This document shows positions 9,354 through 18,884 of a stretch of 64,000 nucleotides of DNA, in pieces. The notes beneath the pieces are model-generated. The model was not told the DNA's origin. It ran no database searches and saw only the letters and a program-made list of their open reading frames with translations. Position 1 is the stretch's first letter. Each line of letters opens with the position of its first letter. A program made the translations under genes and the position numbers. The stretch comes from an uncultured virus (IMG/VR IMGVR_UViG_3300020256_000017) (Duplodnaviria > Heunggongvirae > Uroviricota > Caudoviricetes), in IMG/VR virus record IMGVR_UViG_3300020256_000017; one strand, written 5' to 3'.

Positions 9354-10370
9354 ATGAGTAATATTTTCTTTTATGATCCAGAGGGCGACAATGAAAGCGA
9401 TAGTGGCGTGGACTTGTCGGGTATTGATGACTTAGTGAAGTCAGCCGGCATATACGTAGAGAGCGGAAAGTCATTGTTTGCTTACAGCGCAGATGACAAC
9501 GGTGTGTTAACGGGGGCCGTATTTATAAGCACAGATCCTTTCGATGCGGATATCGCCATCAGTCCTGAGGCGCAATCGCAAGGTGTGGGACGTAAGTTGT
9601 TTGAGGTGGCGATGGACGAATGCGATATGTACAGCGCAGAGATGGATATGCCAGCCTTAATTCATGCCACGAACCCCATTATACAGCGATGGTTGTTTCA
9701 GCGTGATTTTGTCGTCGCTGACAGCCTGCTCGACGGCGATAGGATCATGTCTCGGGACAGTCGGTTAACTCCAAGTGAACGCCTATCTCGTTTTACGGCG
9801 TTGCTCAGCAATGATGCCAAGTGGCAAAAGCAGTATCTTCGTAATGCGTTGGGAGACATGACGTTTGGTGAATTTCAACAAGCCCTGGCGGATGTTGCTA
9901 ACCACCGTCCTATAGCAACAGCACATGCTGATGTGATAGCTGCGTTTGCGCGTTCGCTTACTCGTTCACAATCAGATAGAGAGTACCTGTTGGCGCAATT
10001 AAGTGTTGCGCAACGAGAGCGCTATCTTTGCCCGCCGTCTTTTGAGCATGTGCTAAATGAGATGATGACGAGTGCACCAGAGGATGTACTGGAGGTGTGC
10101 ATGAATGCGCTTCGGGAAAAAATGCCAGACGCTGATGTTGAAACCGGTGTGCCGCGTTTACAAGCGTTGACTTATCATTGGTTAAGAAATGGTGGGGCGC
10201 CATGTGGTGGCAGTGAGCGGGATGCTGTTAGTCATGTCATCGATAGCCTGCCTTTATCACCTGATGCGAAAAGCGCATTGTTGTCGGTGAGAAGTGAATC
10301 GAAAGAGGTCATCGAGCATGAAAATAGCCACAGTGTTTCAGTGGAACCTCACTCAATGAAGTTAAGGTAG
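9354..10370 (+). CDS. Protein with N-terminal GNAT-like acetyltransferase domain
   Basis: DIAISPEAQSQGVGRKL acetyl-CoA-binding motif A. Confidence 0.6.
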   Translation: MSNIFFYDPEGDNESDSGVDLSGIDDLVKSAGIYVESGKSLFAYSADDNGVLTGAVFISTDPFDADIAISPEAQSQGVGRKLFEVAMDECDMYSAEMDMPALIHATNPIIQRWLFQRDFVVADSLLDGDRIMSRDSRLTPSERLSRFTALLSNDAKWQKQYLRNALGDMTFGEFQQALADVANHRPIATAHADVIAAFARSLTRSQSDREYLLAQLSVAQRERYLCPPSFEHVLNEMMTSAPEDVLEVCMNALREKMPDADVETGVPRLQALTYHWLRNGGAPCGGSERDAVSHVIDSLPLSPDAKSALLSVRSESKEVIEHENSHSVSVEPHSMKLR

Positions 10371-10431
10371 TTGGCACACGTATTGCAAAGTTTTATGTTA
10401 TTTTTAAGACATGTTGAATAGGAACAATTTC

Positions 10432-11199
10432 ATGTTAAAGGCAACATTTAAAGCCATCGGCGCGCTAGCAATAGGGATGGCTATGAGCGCCAACGCGGCT
10501 AACCTAATAGAAACAGAAAATTTGGTTGAAAACGGCTTGTTTTTGGACGATAACGGAAGTTATGCCGGGAACATTAGCACAGAGCCAACAGGCTGGCAGT
10601 TTGCCGCTGGAACACAAACGCAGTTTATCGACACTACGACGTTAGCCAATCATCCCTTTGATAAAGAGGGACGTTATTTTTATGGTGGTCGTAGTGCGTT
10701 TAATAGTATCACGCAGTCATTCGATTTAACGTCTTTGTCTGAATACAACGAGTCATTTTTCCGCAGTGGCGCGGTAACCATCAAATTAGATGTGTGGATG
10801 TGGTCAGGTGCAACAGATGACGCGCGCGCGCGTGTGTATCAAAAAGATGCGGCGGGTAATTATATTGGTGACGTTGTTAACACTGGCTTTACGCAAATCA
10901 ATGACCCCTATCGCTATACTGCTTCAGGGATGCTGCATGAAGACGCGGTGTCTTTGCATATATTTTTGGACTCTGATCGTGATTATGGTACGGCCAACAA
11001 CGGTTATGTTTTTGACCCGACCATGACATTGTTGATTGAGGACAATGAAGCAAATCGCAATCTGTTAAACATCGACACATCGCTTTCCTTACAGGAAGCT
11101 CAAAATGTCGCGCAAGCTCAGTTCACCAATGTACCATTGGTAGGCGCATTCGGTGCACTGATGGTGTTTGCTGGCGCAACAATGCGTCGCAAGAAATAG
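10432..11199 (+). CDS. PEP-CTERM-like sorted surface protein
   Basis: Signal peptide ..ANA; C-terminal VPLVGAFG, TM helix, RRKK. Confidence 0.75.
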   Translation: MLKATFKAIGALAIGMAMSANAANLIETENLVENGLFLDDNGSYAGNISTEPTGWQFAAGTQTQFIDTTTLANHPFDKEGRYFYGGRSAFNSITQSFDLTSLSEYNESFFRSGAVTIKLDVWMWSGATDDARARVYQKDAAGNYIGDVVNTGFTQINDPYRYTASGMLHEDAVSLHIFLDSDRDYGTANNGYVFDPTMTLLIEDNEANRNLLNIDTSLSLQEAQNVAQAQFTNVPLVGAFGALMVFAGATMRRKK

Positions 11200-11216
11200 A
11201 AAAAGGCCGTCAAGGA

Positions 11217-11246
11217 AAACGCTAGATGATTATCTAGCGTTTTTTT
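11217..11246. terminator. Intrinsic terminator
   Basis: AAAACGCTAGAT..ATCTAGCGTTTTTTT. Confidence 0.8.
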
Positions 11247-11256
11247 GCCTGTTGAT

Positions 11257-11724
11257 TTACACTAAAAGCGACCACTCACCTGTTGTTTCATCTTTATGTG
11301 CAACCGCATCAAGGTCAGCACCTCCGTAGTAAGATATACTCTCCGCGTCGAGTGCAAGATGCAAATCACCGAAATTTGTTAAGTGGTTTCGAAGTATCGA
11401 TGAAAAACATCGCATTAAATCAACAGGTTTCGTGTACCCGTCCGAGCACATGGCTACTTCATAAGTTTCAATAAAGGTGCCTGGGTCGTCTATATCGGCG
11501 GTTCCCACTGTGGCAACAATGAGAGAGCACTCCGGCTCTTCCATAATGATATCGCAGGCTTGAGTAAGTCCGTACACCTTCTCGCGCGCATTATTGGCGA
11601 CGCCGCGAAGGTATTCATGCGCCTCGCCATCGAGATTTTTTTCCTTTATGAAATCGTCGAGCAAATTAAGTGCCGTTTCAGCACTCAATCCCAGCGAATT
11701 GCAAAGTGAACTCAGTGTCGTCAT
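11257..11724 (-). CDS. Hypothetical protein
   Basis: 155 aa ORF, GAGAG RBS. Confidence 0.75.
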   Translation of the reverse strand: MTTLSSLCNSLGLSAETALNLLDDFIKEKNLDGEAHEYLRGVANNAREKVYGLTQACDIIMEEPECSLIVATVGTADIDDPGTFIETYEVAMCSDGYTKPVDLMRCFSSILRNHLTNFGDLHLALDAESISYYGGADLDAVAHKDETTGEWSLLV

Positions 11725-11767
11725 ACTATTCTCTCTTTATCGTTAATAGAGGTTGATGTGACCGTGT

Positions 11768-12148
11768 CTAAGGATATGTTTTTTCAGGCATACCATTAGC
11801 AACATTAAGGACAAGCGCGCCATTTGATGATGCATCTGTGCTCATGTAAGTAGGGCACGTTTTTTTGTTGTGGCGGAGACGCAAGTGCAAGCGTTCTGCG
11901 CCCGTTTGATGGCGTGAAATCATCCACGTAAGCGTCCAGTTTTTCAGCGTATGCTCTTGAGGCGCGCTGGGCGTGTAGCCCGACAAAGGGTCACTATCCT
12001 TGCCGATAACAAGAGTGAGCCCATTACACGTTTCTTCATCTTCAAGTACATCAAGGTCAGCTTGCTGTTCACGTGAAAAGCGTGCGATAAAAACATCTTC
12101 TTGTTCAGCTACATCAAAAGATACAGCCATTGAGGTTGCGTTTGCCAT
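11768..12148 (-). CDS. Hypothetical protein
   Basis: 126 aa ORF, AAGG RBS. Confidence 0.7.
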   Translation of the reverse strand: MANATSMAVSFDVAEQEDVFIARFSREQQADLDVLEDEETCNGLTLVIGKDSDPLSGYTPSAPQEHTLKNWTLTWMISRHQTGAERLHLRLRHNKKTCPTYMSTDASSNGALVLNVANGMPEKTYP

Positions 12149-12224
12149 AAGAAATGCCTTTTTGTGTTGTTTTACGTTGTTGAGACATGGCGAGATGGCG
12201 CAGTGGCCACCTCAATAAAAAATA

Positions 12225-12512
12225 TTAACCTGCAAGCTTACTCATGATGCGGCGAAGGTCATGTTCCGCAATAAGGTAAAATGGGGTTTCCATTTCTACA
12301 CGTTCGCCAGTTTTCATATTGCGTAATACATCGGGTGTATTACCAGAACCATACGTGATACGGATATCTTCAGTGTCCAAATCGCGCATGATGTTGCGAA
12401 TACGAAGGTTTAGCTTATGGTTAGGTTGAGAGTTCTTTCTTGCTAGTGACTTGCCGCGCATCTTGATGTTGTTTGGGATGCGACGCAGACCTGTATGAGT
12501 AATGATTTCCAT
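12225..12512 (-). CDS. Small basic hypothetical protein
   Basis: Start MEIITH after box and GAGA RBS. Confidence 0.75.
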   Translation of the reverse strand: MEIITHTGLRRIPNNIKMRGKSLARKNSQPNHKLNLRIRNIMRDLDTEDIRITYGSGNTPDVLRNMKTGERVEMETPFYLIAEHDLRRIMSKLAG

Positions 12513-12528
12513 TGTTTTTTCTCGTTGT

Positions 12529-12572
12529 TGTGTTGACAGGATTAGTATCTCAATAAGTGAGGGCGTTGTCAA
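12529..12572 (-). promoter_or_regulatory. GTCAACACA-box promoter
   Basis: TTGACA..TGAGATACT..GTCAACACA. Confidence 0.85.
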
Positions 12573-12630
12573 TAGAAATGTGCAGAAATGGCGTTTTTAG
12601 GGCGGCGCTCGCCCTAAAAAGAGTAAGTTC

Positions 12631-12954
12631 TCAGTCGCCTTTAATATCGAGAATGGCCTTTACCATGGCATTGGGATCGTTCGTTTTCAGACCATGTATG
12701 AACGTGCCATTTTTCATGTCGATGGTAAGGCGATAGCGTGGATCTTCATACTCTGAGTGTTCATTAGGAACAGCTACAGAAAGCTCGCCGCCATCCTGGT
12801 TGACGACACTGGTAACCAAGCAATCATCAAGGAGCGTCGGCTCTGCGTTGTCAGTAAGTGTCACGTCAACGCCTGCGGCGTGCAGCGCTAAAGCCAGCGT
12901 GCGAATGTGTGGATTAGTTTCTTTTTTTAAGTTTTCAAGTGGTGTTGGTTGCAT
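12631..12954 (-). CDS. Hypothetical protein
   Basis: 107 aa ORF, AAGGA RBS. Confidence 0.75.
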   Translation of the reverse strand: MQPTPLENLKKETNPHIRTLALALHAAGVDVTLTDNAEPTLLDDCLVTSVVNQDGGELSVAVPNEHSEYEDPRYRLTIDMKNGTFIHGLKTNDPNAMVKAILDIKGD

Positions 12955-13033
12955 TAGGTGTCCTTTCCGTTGAGGAAAATTGATAGCGAGGGCGGGTTAC
13001 GCCCTCAGGATAATGATGTTGAACGGACAGTTT

Positions 13034-13408
13034 TTAGGCTGCCGCTTCATTAAAAACAGGGAGGTGATAGCTCAGGGTGGCCAATGCATTAAACATGTGG
13101 GCGCGCTCCATGTTGGCGCTTAAGCATTGAACAGGATAGCCGTCGTTAGGTACGTCTGTTGGAAGTAGCGGCTCACTAATGCGTACGTTCTTTGACAGTA
13201 GTGCCCTTGCGTCGTCTTCGTCCTTAGCAAAGACTAAGCCCAACGCATTAACCCCAAGGTACGTTGCACTAAAGACCCACATACGATTACCTAGCCCTTT
13301 GCTCATGCCTTCCCAAGCAAAGTCAATTAATGAATCGAACTGAACTTTGCGGTCGGCGATATCGTTTCCCGTGTTAGGACGGATATTAAAGCTAATTGGT
13401 GATTGCAT
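13034..13408 (-). CDS. Hypothetical protein
   Basis: Start MQSPISF after GGAG RBS and box. Confidence 0.75.
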   Translation of the reverse strand: MQSPISFNIRPNTGNDIADRKVQFDSLIDFAWEGMSKGLGNRMWVFSATYLGVNALGLVFAKDEDDARALLSKNVRISEPLLPTDVPNDGYPVQCLSANMERAHMFNALATLSYHLPVFNEAAA

Positions 13409-13426
13409 GGTAATATTACTCCGAGT

Positions 13427-13470
13427 TGTGTTGACAGGGACAGTATTACAAACACTGTGAGTATTGTCAA
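13427..13470 (-). promoter_or_regulatory. GTCAACACA-box promoter
   Basis: TTGAC-N30-GTCAACACA. Confidence 0.8.
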
Positions 13471-14012
13471 TCAATTTCATCATCATTGTCCGCGTTAACA
13501 GCAGCGACACTGTCTTTAAACCCCTTCTGAGTCAGCGGGTAACGAAATCCCTTATGCTCCAACATAATGCGCTCCTCAAAATTAGACAACGTGTCTGTAA
13601 TCTCGTCATGATCCATATCCCATGGCACCTCGACACGAGTGATGAGGAGTTGAATGTTATCACGGTGTACGTTGTTGTGATTGAAGTTCATCATGGAGCT
13701 TAACTCGGCCATAATGCCTTTCTTGTTCTCATTCCATACGTAGCCTGATGATGTGTGTCTTAGCGTTTCATAGCAGATCAGGTATACAATTTTCCCTCCG
13801 CCAATACGATAAGGCGGTATGGCGTCAACATCCTGCGCTTCGAAAAGCGAAAGTTGAGCCTCGTAGGGTTCAATGCCTTTGAAACCGTGTCGATTGGCAA
13901 TTTTCTTTCTCAGTTTGTTTAAGGGGATGTTGAGATGTTCTGACAGCTTTTTTGTTTCATCTCGAAAGTGGGCCACCGAAAGGAAGCCAAGAATAGGTGG
14001 GCAATGCATCAT
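13467..14012 (-). CDS. Hypothetical protein with a Glyoxalase_8-like N-terminal helical segment
   Basis: IPLNKLRKKIANRHGFKGIEPYEAQL motif; GGAG RBS. Confidence 0.7.
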   Translation of the reverse strand: MMHCPPILGFLSVAHFRDETKKLSEHLNIPLNKLRKKIANRHGFKGIEPYEAQLSLFEAQDVDAIPPYRIGGGKIVYLICYETLRHTSSGYVWNENKKGIMAELSSMMNFNHNNVHRDNIQLLITRVEVPWDMDHDEITDTLSNFEERIMLEHKGFRYPLTQKGFKDSVAAVNADNDDEID

Positions 14013-14024
14013 ATAACACTCCAA

Positions 14025-14180
14025 AAACGTTGTCTTTTTACTTTACGGGTTACCTCACTCACCACCACGACAACGCATGTTGTGTTTATACTATGTGCTG
14101 TTGTTGTGTACTCTTTTGCCAGTGTGAGGCGGCGGGCTGAGTGCCCATTCAAGATTTTACGGCCATGCCAACTCGAAGTA
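14025..14180 (-). ncRNA. Candidate structured 5' leader (pseudoknot-like)
   Basis: Adjacent hairpins at 14118-14146 (loops ACUCA, CCUCAC) and distal hairpin 14028-14075 with loop GUGAGUGAGG complementary to them; shares CGCCGCC with the 6841 leader. Confidence 0.45.
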
Positions 14181-14372
14181 ATTAAATAATACCACAGTAG
14201 GGGATAAAGGCAAGCTATTTAAAATGTTGTGCAGGTGAAGAGAGTAAGTTAATTTGTTGCCTTATTCTAAAGTAGTGTTGTTATTTACTTGAAAGTATGA
14301 AAGAATTCATGTCATTGCTGTCAACGCAATATAAAATCATTTTCAAACACAACCCTGTAAGAAGGAATAATA

Positions 14373-14786
14373 ATGCTTAAAAAAGTAGTATTAGCGTTAT
14401 CGCTTAGTGCGAGTGTTGCCGTCTCTGCATTTGCTGAAGTGGCTGTCATTGTTCACCCTGAAAACACAGCAGAAATTACTGCTGAAGATGTAGCGCGTAT
14501 GTTCTTGGGTAAGGCGGGCCAATTTAGCGATGGTAAGGAGGTGCTCCCTATCACGCAAGAAACAGCGACGACGACGGATGCTTTTAATACGGGGTTGCTA
14601 AATCGTAGCAGCTCACAGGTCGCCAGCTATTGGGCAAAACAGGTGTTTACCGGAAAAGGATCGGCGCCAAAACAAGTAAGTGATGACGCCGCCGTCATCA
14701 ATCTCGTTAAAGACAATAAAAACGCCATCTCTTACGTCGATGCATCAAGCGTCACGGGTGATGTTAAAGTCGTATTGACCAAGTAG
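14373..14786 (+). CDS. Small periplasmic-binding-protein-like protein (phosphate ABC SBP-like family)
   Basis: Signal peptide; VAVIVHP..FLGK..YWAKQVFTGKG..P..AISYVD pattern. Confidence 0.8.
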   Translation: MLKKVVLALSLSASVAVSAFAEVAVIVHPENTAEITAEDVARMFLGKAGQFSDGKEVLPITQETATTTDAFNTGLLNRSSSQVASYWAKQVFTGKGSAPKQVSDDAAVINLVKDNKNAISYVDASSVTGDVKVVLTK

Positions 14787-14797
14787 GGGACAGCAAA

Positions 14798-15967
14798 ATG
14801 AAGAACATGAAAAAATCATTGTTAGCAGCGAGTGTTATGTTGGCCGCAGCGGGTGCGCAGGCGGATGTGACGATCAATGGATTCGGTAACGTTGTTGGCG
14901 GTATCGCCAGCAGTGATGATGTTGTGTTGAATTTTGATGACAATATCGATTTTCAAAACGACAGCTTGTTTGCGTTACAATTTTCATCAGACGTATCAGA
15001 CAAGATAACGGCAACAGCCCAGGTGTTATCGCGTGGTGAAGATGACTTTGATGTGGCGTTTGAGTGGGCTTACCTCTCTTACGAAGTTAACAACAACTGG
15101 ACCGTAACCGCGGGCCGCTCTCGTCTTCCTTTATTTGCCTATTCGGCGTCACTGGATGTGGGTTATACCTATCATTGGGTAACCGCACCGAATGCAATCT
15201 ACAATGTGCCTTTCAATAACCTTGATGGTGTAAAAGTGAGCTACAGCAACATGCTGGGCGGTTGGGATATCCTGACTGATGTGGCGGCAGGGCAATTTAA
15301 AGGTGACGCCTTTGGTGCGGACCTTCGTGGAGAAAACACGCTGTTAGTATCATTGCAGGCGAGTAATGAAAGCTTGACCGTCCGTGGGGTGGTTGGGCGA
15401 ACAGATGCCACCCTTGATCTTGCAGGTTCAAGTGATGAGCAGGCGGCCTTGCTGGCAGGTGGCTTCTCAACTATGCGAGAGCTGGGTTTAGTCGCGCTAT
15501 CGGACTCGCTTGAAATGGAAGATGATGAAGGTCAATTCCTGGGCGCTAGCGTGATGTGGGACAACTATCAGTATTTTGTAGGCGCAGAGCTAACTAAAGT
15601 GATGATTGATGATAGTTTTAGCAATGATGATACGGCATACTATGTCACCGCCGGTGCGCGTTATGGTAAGTGGACACCGTCTATTACGTATGAACGCTTC
15701 GAGTCTGAGTTGTCTATCAATAACGCGTCACTTATCAATGATATCGCTGGTTCAGGGCTACCAGACAGCGTGGCTGCAACCTTAACAAGCGTCGCATTAG
15801 GTGCGCAGGCTTCTCAGGTTGAAGATTACAGTATTACATCTGTGGCATTGCGCTATGATTTGGATAGCGGTGTGGCATTAAAGGCTGATGTGTCTCGATA
15901 CAATGATGATGTGTCAGACGATAATGATGGCACATTGGCGCGCGTTGCGGTTAATTTTGTATTCTAG
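14798..15967 (+). CDS. Outer-membrane porin (beta-barrel)
   Basis: Signal peptide, INGFG start, EWAYLSY, C-terminal aromatic ..VNFVF; paired with the binding-protein gene. Confidence 0.8.
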   Translation: MKNMKKSLLAASVMLAAAGAQADVTINGFGNVVGGIASSDDVVLNFDDNIDFQNDSLFALQFSSDVSDKITATAQVLSRGEDDFDVAFEWAYLSYEVNNNWTVTAGRSRLPLFAYSASLDVGYTYHWVTAPNAIYNVPFNNLDGVKVSYSNMLGGWDILTDVAAGQFKGDAFGADLRGENTLLVSLQASNESLTVRGVVGRTDATLDLAGSSDEQAALLAGGFSTMRELGLVALSDSLEMEDDEGQFLGASVMWDNYQYFVGAELTKVMIDDSFSNDDTAYYVTAGARYGKWTPSITYERFESELSINNASLINDIAGSGLPDSVAATLTSVALGAQASQVEDYSITSVALRYDLDSGVALKADVSRYNDDVSDDNDGTLARVAVNFVF

Positions 15968-15982
15968 ATTTACAGTTGAACC

Positions 15983-16010
15983 AAAAAGGGCAGTATAACC
16001 TGCCCTTTTT
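15983..16010 (+). terminator. Intrinsic terminator
   Basis: AAAAAGGGCAG..CTGCCCTTTTT. Confidence 0.8.
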
Positions 16011-16069
16011 ATTTATTGTATTTTGACACATTGGTGTTATAATAATTAAAGTTTAAGTAAGGAGGCATT

Positions 16070-16120
16070 ATGCCGATTAAGTACCATGCCATACAGGGGC
16101 GCATGACATTCCGAATGTGA
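16070..16120 (+). CDS. Candidate 16 aa leader peptide MPIKYHAIQGRMTFRM
   Basis: Perfect TAAGGAGG SD before the ATG; stop lies 23 nt before the next gene. Confidence 0.45.
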   Translation: MPIKYHAIQGRMTFRM

Positions 16121-16143
16121 AGTTTTACATTAGGAGATAAATC

Positions 16144-16863
16144 ATGTACGAGGTTCCTGTTTATGAGCCTAAAATTATAGAGCGCACGCCGACACGGGTT
16201 CGCATTTTTGAAAACTTGGCAGCATACATTGCTTCCCCGGTGAAACGGAAAGCAACCGCTTCAGAAGCCTATGTGTGTCGTCACTGTGACGCAAGATACT
16301 TAACGCTCGAACAGGCGATAGGTAGCGATTGCAAGCATCGTCTTAGGAAGCGAGAGACACCTTTAAGGCCGCGAGAAGGTGAGTCTGAAAGGATGTATTA
16401 TTTTCGTTTAAGAGCAAGGGAGTTCGTGCCTCATGCGCGCGAAGACTTCTATGAAGTCGCCAAGGTAACCACTGAGTTTGGTGATCCCTTGCCTGAGCCT
16501 ACTAAGCCGCGTCCATGGGGGCCGCGAGGTCACTTAACGTCAGTGGCTGCATGGATGGAAAGCGATTGTTCGCCTTATAATCGCGGCGTGCTCCCTGGAG
16601 AACGGGAGTCTGGTTTTAACCGTTGGTTAAGTAAGTTCAAGCATCAACCTGGCTATGTGAGAACAGGGTACTGTTATCGCCGCCCTAAGGTAATGGCAGA
16701 GCGCCGGAGCCTTGAGGCCCTTAAGATGGAGCCTGATGCGCCAAACGTTCGCGGTAAGCGCGGTGCTTCAGCGTTGCCAAATGAGTTTAATGAAAAGTAC
16801 GTGTGCTTAGAACGAACTTGGAAAAGGAAAAAAGTGCGTAAGCAGTGGATGGTAAATGCCTAA
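16144..16863 (+). CDS. Basic hypothetical protein
   Basis: AGGAG RBS; Arg/Lys-rich, CxxC, C-terminal RTWKRKKVRKQW. Confidence 0.75.
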   Translation: MYEVPVYEPKIIERTPTRVRIFENLAAYIASPVKRKATASEAYVCRHCDARYLTLEQAIGSDCKHRLRKRETPLRPREGESERMYYFRLRAREFVPHAREDFYEVAKVTTEFGDPLPEPTKPRPWGPRGHLTSVAAWMESDCSPYNRGVLPGERESGFNRWLSKFKHQPGYVRTGYCYRRPKVMAERRSLEALKMEPDAPNVRGKRGASALPNEFNEKYVCLERTWKRKKVRKQWMVNA

Positions 16864-16865
16864 AA

Positions 16866-16892
16866 CAAAAACCACGCATAAGCGTGGTTTTT
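16866..16892. terminator. Bidirectional intrinsic terminator
   Basis: AAAACCACGC-ATAA-GCGTGGTTTTTT. Confidence 0.8.
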
Positions 16893-16899
16893 TGTCTGG

Positions 16900-17724
16900 T
16901 TACATTTGCATGAGACTTTTTCGTCGTCTCACCCAAGAAGCGCCCAGCATCAGCAGCCCCGCAGAGGCGAGCATAGGCGCGCCGACATTCGTTGGATTTT
17001 CAATGATGTTACCTGTTTCATCAATGGGGATGTCTGCGTCGTTGCCTGGCGACGTGTAGTCTGCGCCAAGGTAGTCATAGCCTTTGAAGTACATAGCAAG
17101 GCGGCCGTTGGGAGATTTCTCTTTCCAATGGTAATATGAATAATAATCTTTGACGTTCCAGTGAAACGTTGCGGTACCAGAAACTGACTCAATCCACTGC
17201 TCATCGCTGTCAGTAAACTCCATGAATTTTGTCTTACCAAGTTTTGACTTGTAAGAGATAGGATCGATGAGTGCCGTTTCATTCCATGTATCTAACGTCA
17301 TGTTGATGTAGGCATTATCAAAGAAATAGCCTGACCAGCCAGAGGTGTTAAAATAAATACCAAGCGCGTCCCAATCCCCTTCCAGAGACTGTGTTTGCAC
17401 TGTTGTCCCACCAAATGAATAAGTGGTGTCAGTTCCATCACGCGTGATAGACCAATCAAACGTATGTTTGAACCAATCAAGATTGTGGTTCCCATCGTAG
17501 CTCAACCAATTTAAATTGGATGAATCGCCGTGACTGCCATTTCCGGTACGAACCGCAATATCATGCCCACGTTGTCCACCATTAGGTAGAGAGTGATCAA
17601 CCTTGGTTTCCGTATAAAAAAGCTTTTTTGCTTCAGGATAGTCGTGTACCAGGATCGGCTCTGCATTCACTGATGATACGAACGCGACCGAGCTTAAAAT
17701 AAGCGTACAGAGTGTGTTTTTCAT
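16900..17724 (-). CDS. PEP-CTERM-like sorted surface protein
   Basis: Signal peptide; C-terminal VGAP, TM helix, RRRK. Confidence 0.75.
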   Translation of the reverse strand: MKNTLCTLILSSVAFVSSVNAEPILVHDYPEAKKLFYTETKVDHSLPNGGQRGHDIAVRTGNGSHGDSSNLNWLSYDGNHNLDWFKHTFDWSITRDGTDTTYSFGGTTVQTQSLEGDWDALGIYFNTSGWSGYFFDNAYINMTLDTWNETALIDPISYKSKLGKTKFMEFTDSDEQWIESVSGTATFHWNVKDYYSYYHWKEKSPNGRLAMYFKGYDYLGADYTSPGNDADIPIDETGNIIENPTNVGAPMLASAGLLMLGASWVRRRKSLMQM

Positions 17725-17995
17725 AATATTCCATTTTTATTAGTGGTGGATTTTCTCGCTATAGGAGGAGAATACACAATTATATGTTGTGGGTCAAATA
17801 ATGTACATTAGACATTGGTTTAGTTTTTTTTGGCCATGCGAAGTCTTAGGTGGTGCGGGTTAGCGAGCATTCGTTAAATTTTCACAAAATAAGATGTTGA
17901 CTTAAATGAAAATTCTCCGTACTGTAAATTTACTCCTGTCAAGGAGCGCAGTACATTTCAACCCATTGATACAATTCGTAGAAAGGATGAAGGAT

Positions 17996-18208
17996 ATGCG
18001 AAAAGCAACACTAAAGGTTTCACTTTTAGCTTCAGCGTTAATGATGAGTATGGCGGCCAGTGCGGCGTCAGAAAAAATCGTAGTCTCTGAAGATGTCCAA
18101 GTTAAAGATGTTGCGTCTGCTGGATTTAGCTTGGATATAAGTGCTCCTCCAGCCGAGCAAAAAACCAAGCCTAAAGGACCTAGGCTTCCACCTGCGTCTA
18201 AAAAGTAG
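17996..18208 (+). CDS. Small secreted protein
   Basis: MRKATLK signal peptide; LDISAPP motif and Lys-rich tail. Confidence 0.65.
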   Translation: MRKATLKVSLLASALMMSMAASAASEKIVVSEDVQVKDVASAGFSLDISAPPAEQKTKPKGPRLPPASKK

Positions 18209-18278
18209 TAAGGCGTAGTTTCATCTATCCACTTTATGTTATTGTAAATATTAAATCCAAAAAGAAGGAAATATCATC

Positions 18279-18533
18279 ATGCGAACGCGTTTAGTTAAAA
18301 ATACTCTTTTGGTTGCAGCCGTCGCTTTTGCTTCAACCGCAGCAAGTGCCGCCACCTCTGTAAATGGTGGAGATTTGGCCGCAGATGCTATGAATGACGG
18401 CGCGCCAGTCGTTATTGACATGGGCTCAGCAGAAACGCAGATGAATAAGTCGATGCTCATCGATGTTGCGCCGCCTCCGCCAAAAAGCGATACGGTTACA
18501 ACCCAAGGTAAATCGAGAACAAAAAAGAAATAG
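18279..18533 (+). CDS. Small secreted protein
   Basis: Signal peptide; IDVAPPPP motif and Lys-rich tail. Confidence 0.7.
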   Translation: MRTRLVKNTLLVAAVAFASTAASAATSVNGGDLAADAMNDGAPVVIDMGSAETQMNKSMLIDVAPPPPKSDTVTTQGKSRTKKK

Positions 18534-18552
18534 CCTTGCGTAAATAATAACG

Positions 18553-18580
18553 AAAAAAGCCGCTTTAAAAGCGGCTTTTT
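18553..18580. terminator. Intrinsic terminator
   Basis: AAAAAAGCCGCTT-TA-AAAGCGGCTTTTT. Confidence 0.8.
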
Positions 18581-18619
18581 GTTATGATTCCTCTAATTGA
18601 TTGAGAAAAAGCGCTCGAC

Positions 18620-18734
18620 TTGAAGCCTCCGACGAGTCATTCGAAGAATCGACTCGCGGAATCCAGACACTAACCTGCTTTAGACTGTTGCAACAACCAT
18701 AAAGAGGATAGCACTAGAATGCGGCTGACAAATG
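18620..18734 (-). mobile_element. Miniature internally deleted derivative of the IS200/IS605 element
   Basis: 18620-18716 matches 57901-57997 (right end); 18715-18734 matches 59762-59781 (left tip); same TTGAA flank. Confidence 0.9.
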
Positions 18735-18884
18735 TTCAACAAGCGATTACCCATTCTTGCTGCTGCCCGTATTTCGGAGCGAGCGCTTTTGTGAACGAGT
18801 TAATGTTAACAGGATTGGTGAGTTAAATCAACGATGAAAAGGTGTTCTTGGTGTGGAAGGCTTTCGCCTTCCATCATGCCAAGG

